From contig JASANG010000627.1 in NCBI GenBank assembly GCA_030248215.1, positions 1-64,000 on the forward strand: 64,000 bases of DNA, read 5' to 3'. Shown here piece after piece: positions 1 through 9,310 of this stretch (positions are counted from its first letter, which is position 1; each line of letters opens with the position of its first letter). Position numbers and translations under genes: made by a program. This DNA comes from Enoplolaimus lenunculus. Lineage: Eukaryota. The notes under the pieces are model-generated. The model was not told where the DNA came from. It searched no databases and saw only the letters and a program-made list of their open reading frames with translations.

Positions 1-89
1 ACAGTTTTAGCTTTGTATCGTTTATTATTTAGGTTATTTTCTTCATTTTGTTTGTTTTTGCCTAATGCCTGTACTATACGTTCGACTAC

Positions 90-860
90 TTATAAGGGGA
101 CAGTGTCATCCTTGTCCGCAGTATCCTTATTTTCTTCGTCATTTTCTTTATTATTTGAGAATACTCGGGGCCCATCGGTAGTGGCCTTTTCACGATCACA
201 AGCCAGCATACGACCTGCTCTCTTGGCCTCGGTTATCAAAGCTCCGGTGCAAGAGTAGTCTTTGTAAAGTCGAGAATGATATTCCGGCCGTAGGCCGTCC
301 AAGAAAAATTCAATGAGTAGTTTTTCTCGGCTTTTCTCGTCTAATCCACTCATACTCTTCAGAGCATTAGTCAACCATATCACATACTGAATGGGCGCTT
401 CATTCTTTTGTTGCATTGTTTTGAGTACTCCGATTTGTTCCGAGCCCTCGCGACCGGTTAACAAGACTTGTGACAGGGCTTCCACTAATTCATCCCAGGT
501 GGCAATTTGGTCACACCCCAAAGATTTAAAGAAAAAGTGGGTGGGTCGATCTAGACGTGTTATCAGTACACTGCGCTTAGCAGTCTCATCCCATTTGTTC
601 GCGAGGGCTATTTGCTCGAAGTACTCAATCCAATCAAGGAAGTTAGGAAAACGTGAATCACTCTTGCCGGTATAAATTGGTATATTTTCTGCGTCCAGGA
701 TGTTGGGCCTGGAAAAGTACCTTCCGACTTCATCTAGTTTGAAACACACGTTTTCCGTCATTCCGTTAGCAGGTGGGGCACTGGGGGCTGTTCGGGTGGG
801 GACTCCCATCCCAAAATCACCCTCATTTGAAAATTGATTGGAGGTCCTTGAATTTGGCAT
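90..860 (-). CDS. Retrotransposon Gag (capsid-like) protein; in-frame TAA at 92-90 with the frame staying open to the window edge
   Basis: Gag-type motifs FLDWIEYFEQIALANKWDE..LITRL, TWDELVEAL, MQQKNE..IQY, LLIEFFLDGLRPE. First ATG at 860 (MPNSRTS); the track ORF starts at a TTG at 1007. Confidence 0.8.
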   Translation of the reverse strand: MPNSRTSNQFSNEGDFGMGVPTRTAPSAPPANGMTENVCFKLDEVGRYFSRPNILDAENIPIYTGKSDSRFPNFLDWIEYFEQIALANKWDETAKRSVLITRLDRPTHFFFKSLGCDQIATWDELVEALSQVLLTGREGSEQIGVLKTMQQKNEAPIQYVIWLTNALKSMSGLDEKSREKLLIEFFLDGLRPEYHSRLYKDYSCTGALITEAKRAGRMLACDREKATTDGPRVFSNNKENDEENKDTADKDDTVPL

Positions 861-3394
861 TTTGCGTGAGCTGTTACTTTTATCTCTGGGCTTAAGGTGC
901 GGTTTTATGAATTTCGATACACCCGGTCGAAAGGTGCACGCTGTAAAATATGTTTTCTTATTCTCAATTGTAATGTGAGATAGCCGTGGAACCGCGATCG
1001 GCCGCAACTGTTCCTCGGGTTATGTTGTGTTCTTGTGCGACCCTTCCGTCGAAGGTTGGGTTCCTAGAAATGTGAGTAAGTATTTCAACTCAAGTAAATT
1101 CTCGGCTGAGTTATCTCTTAAGCCGTTTGATTGGGGGATTTTGCGCCTTACGTATACAAGTTTGTTACAGCTAAGAGTTCGTTGGGTACTGTGATCCGTA
1201 TACTCAATTCGAGTAGACGGCGTCCGGTTAGATTAGCGTTTGCTCTTGCGAAATTGTACAGCAGTGATTTTGTGCTGTACGACAAAGCTGCTACGGTTAT
1301 GTGAGTGGACGCCCAACGAATTTTTAGCCAAAGTGTTATTACGTACTTAGTATCGATGTAGAAAGGATCAGGTCACTAATTTTCTTTTGGATTAGTGGCC
1401 CGATTCACAACAACACGTACGAGATACGCAATTTCCTAATGGTATATACGTAAGGGAAGGTGCGAAAATTAGGACTCTCGTGATTTTTGCCTAATGTCTT
1501 CACCAAAAAAACAAACACCCAAAAAAAAAAATGTTACGGGTACGATCAACGAGTATCCCTGCGGACGTATCCGAGATGATACTCTCACGGGTGTTCGTGG
1601 CCGTGGATCTGCCTATTAAGCTACTTGTCCAGAGGATGATGGTCCCCCGGCGTGATATCGGGTTTTGAGAATCACAAAATTCCGATATCGCTCTACGCCT
1701 AAGCTCCTATGGAACACCTTGATATGTTGTTGACTCGTACCAACAACAATTGAGTTTTTATCCGTGTCTGCTAATTAGGACTGCTAGTTTTATGCTATCT
1801 CTCTTGAATATATCCCGATAAGTGGATTCAAGAGCGATCTGGTCTTCTGCGTTGGACTTTTTAGGGGTTGTTGTATTCTTTGTGGGATGTGGTTGGCGAT
1901 CCTGCAAAATTTAGACACATGGTCATAGACCTTTTAACGGAAAGGCGGATCGATCCTGGCCTTTGATTTTAACAAAAATAATTGCTGATTCGAACCAGCA
2001 ACCATGCAATACTTGGGACTTGCCCAAATGCCAATCCTGATACTTGATCTGGTATTTCTGAAATTTTGGATTTGCCATGGCTCAAGGCCAGGAGTCAAAA
2101 AAAGGCTTTAAATCGCTCATGGTTCATTACTGAACGCATTCTCGGAGTTTTGGTTTATCATAAGAGTATGCAGTACATGCGGACAATCAAATTAACACAA
2201 ATTAAAACATCCTTATACCTTAATAGGAAAGTTGAGAATTTAGCTATCCTTTGCTGTGAGTTGTTGTTTTGCAAGCACAAGACGTGCGTTGTGAATATAG
2301 CTAGTATTAGCGTAAGATTAATTGCTAAAAAAAACAACAGTTGGAAATTAGAATTGATTTGATTCTCTAAAGAAATTCCATACCCATAGGTACCTGAACG
2401 TGGACTCGCCACCTTACCAGAGGGCTTTTGGGGGCTTTTGAAATTGCTCCACCTTTTGCAGTTGGATTATTCTAGGGACGAGCCTGATCACAAAGGGTGT
2501 GGGTGTCACGCCTGGCTCTCACTTCCCGGATGTAAACAGCCTATGCACAGTTCCCTGAGATCTCCGACATAAACTGGTCAGGCTCGGGTATTTTCTAGAT
2601 ACACCCTAAAAGCTGCACGAGTTGATTGTCCGGATTTTACAAGTAATTTTCTTATGACCATTTCTGTTCCCCGAGGGGAAGTCAAAAGGCGCCAGTTTGC
2701 TGTTGTCTTTCCTTAGTATTCCTTGCCTGGGTCTAGCGTCAGTCTATTAGTACGGGCTGTGCCTTCAGAGTTTCGGTTGTCAAGTACGAGTGCAGGTATT
2801 AGTCTAAATTAACTCTCCTTATAATTCCTGAGGCCTGGTCAGAACTCTCTCTAGTCACAGGGTATACACAAATTTTCAAATGGCGAGGCGCTCAGCTCTT
2901 TTGTTGGATAGATCCTGGTGCTTAGCACGAGGCAGTTTTGGCCTTCCTGCCATTTCTTGACAACCAATACTCAGGTATAAGAAGGTATCTTAAGGATACC
3001 AGTAAAATTTTTAATCGCTCCTGTGAGCTATTGTCATTTTTACATTGTGCCTAAATGGCAGTTTCACGATGCCCCAAAAGTTGATACCCCCCTACATTTT
3101 AGAATTTGCATAGGACTTCTAAATTTTATAGGTGAACCTAGTACCCACGTTATCGGCAACGATAGGCAAATTTCAAACCAAAATTATATGGTACTCCACA
3201 CCCCTTTCGTGAAACTGAGATAGCCCTAACTGGGCCCCGATTTAACATAACCCCCCTTTAAATACGTACGTAACCCCCCTGTCCCCGTCGAATAGCGCCC
3301 CGAGACTCACGTACACGCTATGTCGCCACCGCGTGTAGTGAGCTCGGTTTGCTGTCGCGGCTCGAGCACGCGACTTGAAAACCGAAAATTTCTA

Positions 3395-3589
3395 AACTGA
3401 TCTGACTGCACAGCCCGTGCAGCGTGCTTTTATACCCGTGCTCAGCCCCTACGCGATTCGTCGGCGAGTTTGACCAATTAGAAATCGGAAAGCAACAGCA
3501 AAACAGCGCTTCTATTGGGTAAGCAAGTCAGGGCGTTTTGAGCCAATGAAAACGAGGCGTAGCAGCTTTTCAAAACCGCCGCTGATTGG
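3395..3589 (-). promoter_or_regulatory. Internal Pol II promoter of the LTR element (4 CCAAT boxes, TATA, Inr-like)
   Basis: CCAAT/ATTGG at 3474, 3514, 3543, 3585; minus-strand GGGTATAAAAGCA (TATAAAA 3434-3428); TCAGATCAGTT at 3405-3395, 31-36 nt downstream of the TATA; points toward gag. Confidence 0.65.
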
Positions 3590-4442
3590 CTGGCGGTATT
3601 TACGTATATTATCGGTGCTATGACACCAGGGAGGGGTTCGCCAGTTCCTGACAGGGTGGGACAGCATCAGGTCGTTCGAGGGGCACCATAAAATTTTGAG
3701 AGCATCCCTAGGGGATGACCAAACTATCCAGAACAACAGGTATCACTCGTGCAGCTTTTCGAGTACCTAGCAACCCTCTTAAGCATATCTTATCAGTGCG
3801 TACCGTTATAACTGTCCTTGTGGGTGTACAAACTTATCTCAAAAAGGGTATCGAAGGGGTTATTGGGATAAAACCAAAAGCAGCAGTTATAAAAGAACAA
3901 AATCCATAAAAACAAGAGCGAAAACACAAATCAGCATGATAGTGGATAGATATGCAACATCAGTTTAAACAGTATACGTCCTGAACATTGCCTAATCATG
4001 GGGCTGCCATTATTTCAAGCTCAAACGCGGATATCAGAATTCTACTAACTTAATGCACAGGGCTTGAACGGAGAAAATACACGCCCATTCCGTATTTGCA
4101 GGCTAATTTGGAAGTACTAGAATAACCCTATTGAGGGCGTCCGGTGCTAAAAATGCTCAGTAGGCACGCACGAATTGTTAGGCTAATACAACAATCTAGC
4201 TGGGGTTGAGGTTATCACGGCCTAGCCTACCAAGACAACAACTGACAGAAGATTTCCAGATACTCTTAGCACAGGAAATATTCGTTCTGAGTTCCCTTTC
4301 TGAATAACTTTGGCGGTCTTAAGAATGAAACAAAGCCAGCGGCCTCAATTCCAGTACCATGTCTTAAGAGAATTAGAACTACAATTACCTAAAACCCATC
4401 TAATAATCTCACATCCACACGGACCACTAGAAAATTGGAACG

Positions 4443-5300
4443 GGCCATAACTTTTCAACTACCAGCTTGCGACACCGGTTTGGGGTGGTTTTCTTACTCT
4501 ACTCAATGAGCTGAATCCAACGGTATGACTTTTACACCCGTAGTGCGAAAAAGTTAAAATTGCATTTTCAGGGCCGGATCCGTAAAGTACGTACATGTAT
4601 TAAGTATCGGGACTTAGCATTGGCCATAACTTTTGGGGTATAAATTTGCGGACCGTGTTTGGGGTGGTTTTCTTGCTCAGCGCGATGCGCGGAATCGAAT
4701 GGTACCCATTTTGGCCATAGGTTGTGAAAAAACGAAAATCGCGTTTTTCAGGATCCGATCCGTAAAATACTTACGTGTAAAATTCCTAATACCTTGTATC
4801 CGCCGTAACTCATTAACTATTAGTTTGCGGACAGGGTTCGGGGTGGTTTTCTTTGTCAGCTCGTCAAGCTGAATCGAACGGTACCCATTTTAGGACCAAA
4901 CCCCGGAAAAGTGAAAATCGCATTTTTTGTACAGGGATCCGTAAAATACTTACGCACTCACACGCTAAAATTTGGAGAACTTTAGAGGCTCATAGTTTCT
5001 TAACTATTGCTTTGCGGATGGGGTTCGGGGTAGTTTTCTTGATCAGCTCGACGAGCTGAATTGAATGAAACTAATTTCAACGCCCTATTCCGAAATAGTC
5101 AAAATCGCATTTCTCGGACCGGGATCTATAGGATACTCTTATACTAAGTTCAAAAATTTAGAGGTCTACAACTTTTCAAATACTAATCAGGAGACAAGGT
5201 TGTGGGTATTTTTCCCGTTCAGCCCGGCAAGTTGGATTGAGCAAGTACATCGTAGGGGCCAAAATGCGTAAAAAAAATGAAAATCGCGTTTTTTACCACT
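4443..5300. repeat. Diverged tandem array of five ~179-bp units inside the retroelement leader
   Basis: Unit markers at 4446, 4625, 4804, 4991, 5167 (periods 179, 179, 187, 176). Shared blocks CCATAACT, TTGCGGA, GGGGTGGTTTTCTT, AGCTGAATCGAA, AAAATCGCATTTT, GGATCCGTAAAATAC. Confidence 0.9.
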
Positions 5301-7436
5301 AGGGGTTATCGGTCACCAAAACACACAATCGTTAAAACCTCCTTCAATGACTGATTTTTAAAATGTAGCGCTAGGCCTGTACTGACCAGTGTTAGGCTCA
5401 TCAGGGCCTTTCTTGCTGCTATCCATACCTAATCCACAACATCAAAACCCAGGTCCTACCTCTTCTGCTGCAGACCGCTCTGAGTGAACATCCCCCTGGT
5501 TGAGACGGTTGGAATACAAAACACCCTCAACTACCCTCGAGTTTGTGTACATTATCCAGTAGTTTCACTGCACTTCGAACCCAAGCAGGGGTCACTGACA
5601 CCCTATCAAGCTGAAACTTTAAGATAGTTGTTTGCTGCGCAAACACATTAATCACCGGTGGAGAAACAGTAAAATAACGCAGACAATAAACATTCGAGAG
5701 TGTGCAGTAAGCGAACCAGCCCAAAAGCAGGAAAGGGGTGCTTCAGAAAGCTTAACAACCGTTCGCAGTTTTCGTTCCCAGGGCTGGTTTCAGTCACCTC
5801 GAGGGCTGTTGAGATAAGGACTGCCTCCCACCTAGATCTAAAGTCATGAGGCGTTTCGCCCGGCACTCTCATCGCGCAACCTTTGACAAAACAGGCAAGT
5901 CCATTCCCCTTTAATTTGATTATCACCAGTGTCTGCTAATATTCGATCGAGATTTACGATCCCCTTAGTAGAATTCAATTCCCTTTGAGTTCGTCCCGAA
6001 ACTTCACAGAAAGTCCGAAACTAACATTCTTATCGGTACTGCGAGCACCGCAAGAAACTCTTTAGACGCCGGGAGTGTTATAAAGTCATTAACAGGGGGG
6101 ATGAATACGGATGTGCGCCTGAGTGAGGCGTACGTTACTGAAAGTCCCGGGTCAAGATCTAGGCTTATTTCCTTTGACTCAATTTCGGCGGATCGGGATA
6201 CAATCCCCTTTTCTACCCAGGGTTGCCGTAATCCAACAACGCCACCCTTCAGTTGTAAAATATTCAAAACCCTGCCATCCCGGTTAAAACTGCGTTTCGT
6301 CAACCAAAACCCGCGTTTGAAATTCAAAACTCTCTGGGGCTGTCGAAAATTTCGTCGCGCGTACAAAATTTTTGAAACCGCTCATCAGTTAAACATGCTG
6401 GCTGTTATTGACGGGACAGTAAAGTAGCCGGGCGTTCGAATATTTTACGAATGTATAACGAACAGCTCATTTTACGAGGGGGAAAACTTCGCCTCGACTA
6501 AAGCAAATCCCTTCTGCAAGCTCTCAGCTCCCGAGTCATGATCAAGTCGGTGCCGAGTCAAAAACAACCCTTTTTCAAGAGCCCATGTTTACTTATGCCA
6601 GCACCGGTCCCCCGCTCCCGATACGACCAAGCCTGACACCGGTTATCTACACCCCCGGTTTCTTTCCCTGCATTTGCCTCTCTGAACATATATATACGTA
6701 CGTTCTTCAAGTTTCCACCACTACCGATACTCATATATTTGTGTTGTTGTCAAGATACAACCAAGAGTACCGCCGAGGCTAATGCTTCCAAAGGCGTCTA
6801 AACAGGGAATTAAAAGCTTCTTACTAAGGCCAGCGGAGCCGGATGCCTATGCGGACGAACACCGCTTAGTCTATATGGTGCTCGCAAGGATCATCCCCTT
6901 TCATAACACAGCACCGGAACTCTATGCTCATATGGTATTTTATTAACGTTTACGTACTGACATAGCCCCGTGTTTCGCGCCAGAGGGGTGCGGGTAATCA
7001 GAAGCCTACGGCGAGCGTGTTCTGCGTACTACTCATTGTTTTTTTCAAGAACTGTCCGCACGCAAGGGTTCGGTTCCCTATCCGAGATTATTGAGTACGT
7101 TCCACACCCAGTGCTCCCCCTCTTTTTTATCGTGCCCTGGTTTCCATATGTATAATTACTCCCTACTCTCAACGGTGCGCTGCGCGTCGCTCGTATTTGC
7201 ACAGAGGATTTTCTACTGAAAGGAGAGGGTGAAGTGTGACTGGTCCCATTGTGTATAAGTCAAATGTCTAGTCAGCGTGCGTGCGTTAGTTTCTAGTCAG
7301 CGTATAGGTGGCAGGTGATAAATTTTCTAGTCAATGATGGCGTCCTATCTAGTCACTCACTAAATTGTGATAAGTGGATACTAGTCAACCCGTGCTAAGA
7401 AACTAAAAAGAACTTTGAAGGGACCGTGAAGTGTGA

Positions 7437-7453
7437 TCCTGGCTTTCCCGCCA
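7437..7453 (-). promoter_or_regulatory. Primer-binding site, tRNA-Arg-like
   Basis: Minus strand TGGCGGGAAAGCCAGGA directly after ...TGACCA-T; 14/17 identical to TGGCGAGCCAGCCAGGA, the complement of the eukaryotic tRNA-Arg(ACG) 3' end as recalled. Confidence 0.65.
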
Positions 7454-7454
7454 A

Positions 7455-8206
7455 TGGTCAGTTATACAGGAAATAATGTGCCAAATAACAATGACAATAA
7501 GGCAATGCCAAAAAAGGAAAGCGGATACACAACAACAACGAATGAAAATACCTATATATTTATACGCGTATGTATACATTCATACCCCGAATAATATAGT
7601 CCCCTGTGTATTTGTTATGACTTGTGAAAACCTTCTATGCTTCTTGTTTAGTCCAAATTTGAAAATGAACCTAGTCGATGTATTTAGGTTAGCTTCTAGT
7701 CAGCCTTCCAGTGGTACCTAGTCAATTGTTAATCATTGTGCCAAAATTTAGAGGGCCATTAGACTGGGACTCCGATGCTAATAACGTGTACAGAACCAAA
7801 ATATAACGGAACCCAGTGACATCAATGAGAAGATATTCATACAGATCAATGCATAAATCAGGCAATGTGTTAATCATTGTGCCAAAATTTAGAGGGCCAT
7901 TAGACTGGGACTCCGATGCTAATAACGTGTACAGAACCAAAATATAACGGAACCCAGTGACATCAATGAGAAGATATTCATACAGATCAATGCATAAATC
8001 AGGCAATGCAAGTCCCAAGAACAATAAACAGAACAGAATGTAGTGACATAGAAAAATAATAATAATAATAAAAAGAACATGGAGCAAAATCAACAAGAAG
8101 CACAAAGAAAACATTCGTAAAGAAAATCTAGGACATTGCAAGGTGTAGCGGCATAAAAAGAGAACATTCGTCGGAGATTTGCCGTCCTACTGAATGATTT
8201 TGACCA
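7455..8206 (-). repeat. Candidate 5' LTR (752 bp)
   Basis: Bounded by 6-bp inverted termini TGGTCA (7455-7460) and TGACCA (8201-8206), i.e. TG...CA, with a PBS one base inside the minus-strand 3' end. Confidence 0.7.
7727..8008. repeat. Perfect 141-bp tandem duplication inside the LTR
   Basis: 7727-7867 and 7868-8008 read identically (TGTTAATCATTGTGCC...AATCAGGCAATG). Confidence 0.95.
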
Positions 8207-8629
8207 TCATTGCAAAATAAGTGTCCCTGACAATATTACCGGTTAAACAATAAGCATTGAATGTTTTTATTTTGACAACAGTGCGTCGATAAACTGCAAC
8301 GGAGCGCGGTATTACAAGTGTTTCGGTCGAGTCAAAACGACACTCGGCGATTTGTAACGGAGGACACCGGTAAAAGGGGATGATGACAAAGCGTTTTACT
8401 GGCCCTTCTTTTTATTAATGGAAAAAATTTTCAATCGTTTTCTATATAGTGTATTAATAATTCGTGAAAGCGTTGTGCTATTGTGCTATACAATAAGTGC
8501 TTCAGTAATCGTGTGTTGCATGGTGAAATCTGAACACGTCACCCAAACCGAATGAAGTCGAAGGATTTGGATGGTCCTAAAATTAATATTGTGTAAATTA
8601 ATTTGGTAAACTCCGAGCGTGGGGTTGAA

Positions 8630-9310
8630 ATATGGATGTACGTCCGTCCGAAAAGAATCACAGGAACGGCTGAACCGATTTTGACAAATTTTTTTGAAAG
8701 CCAATTATCCTGGAGTGCTAACCTTATATTGGTGGTTCAAAATTTTAAGTCGTTTATTAGCTACAGGCGAATTTGCATAATTAGTTAAGCCTAAATTGGG
8801 ACTCTCTACATTATTTCCTAGTTATTAGTTACAAGCAATGTAATTTCAGCATTAACGAGTTTTTCGGTGCGAGTAATCTAAATAGACTGTTCACAAACCT
8901 CCAAAACTGATAATTGATTAGTTAGTTAATAGGTAATTTGCATATTAGCATGGATTATAAGCCTAAAATAGGATTTTTTACAATCTTTCAGTAATTATTA
9001 AGATTAAAAGCAATCTAATTTCAACACTAAAAGGTTTTAGGTGCGAGGGATTTGAATAAAGTAATTACAAATCCCCAAAACCGATAACCAAATAGTTAGC
9101 TAATAGCTAATTTGCATATTAGCTTAATTGACAAGACTAAAATTAAGACTTTTTAAATTATTTCAATAATTATTAGGGCGACTGAAGGGTTTTTGGGTGC
9201 GAGGAGTCTGAATAAATTGTTTACAAACCTTCAAAACCAATAAATGAATAGTTAGCTAATAACTAATTTGCATATTACCTTAATTGCTTACATGTGTTCG
9301 AGCTTCGCTC
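8630..9310. mobile_element. Non-autonomous Helitron/Helentron-like element with an internal ~165-bp repeat array
   Basis: Begins GATGTACGTCCGTCCG...ACGGCTGAACCGATTTT and ends near GAGCTTCGCTC; four units marked by ATTTGCAT at 8771, 8936, 9110, 9266. The array is seen directly; the family call is by resemblance only. Confidence 0.5.

Larger units (their letters stand above)
1..8206 (-). mobile_element. Gypsy/Ty3-like LTR retroelement, 5' portion (LTR, PBS, long leader, gag); continues beyond the left window edge
   Basis: Minus-strand order is LTR (8206-7455), PBS (7453-7437), non-coding leader, gag-like ORF (860-90). The segment looks more GC-rich than the flanking host DNA. Second LTR and TSD lie outside the window. 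Confidence 0.75.

Noticed and set aside
13..675. Plus-strand ORFs 13-258 and 391-675
   Set aside because: Antisense shadows of gag.
1982..2004. TTGCTGATTCGAACCAGCAACCA, a T-arm-like hairpin followed by CCA, as a tRNA or alternative PBS
   Set aside because: No acceptor, D or anticodon arms and no matching LTR terminus; can arise by chance.
5390..6395. Minus-strand CTGATGAG at ~5400 and ~6385 as hammerhead ribozyme cores
   Set aside because: No stem II closing onto GAAA could be built in either case.
7268..7387. CTAGTCA repeat-spacer pattern as a CRISPR-like array
   Set aside because: Repeat is only 7 nt, spacers are irregular, context is eukaryotic and no cas-like gene is present; kept only as a motif cluster.
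7722..8141. 139-aa hydrophobic ORF with an internal repeat
   Set aside because: Non-ATG start, lies inside the LTR, the repeat is the 141-bp duplication, and hydrophobicity follows from the T-rich strand.
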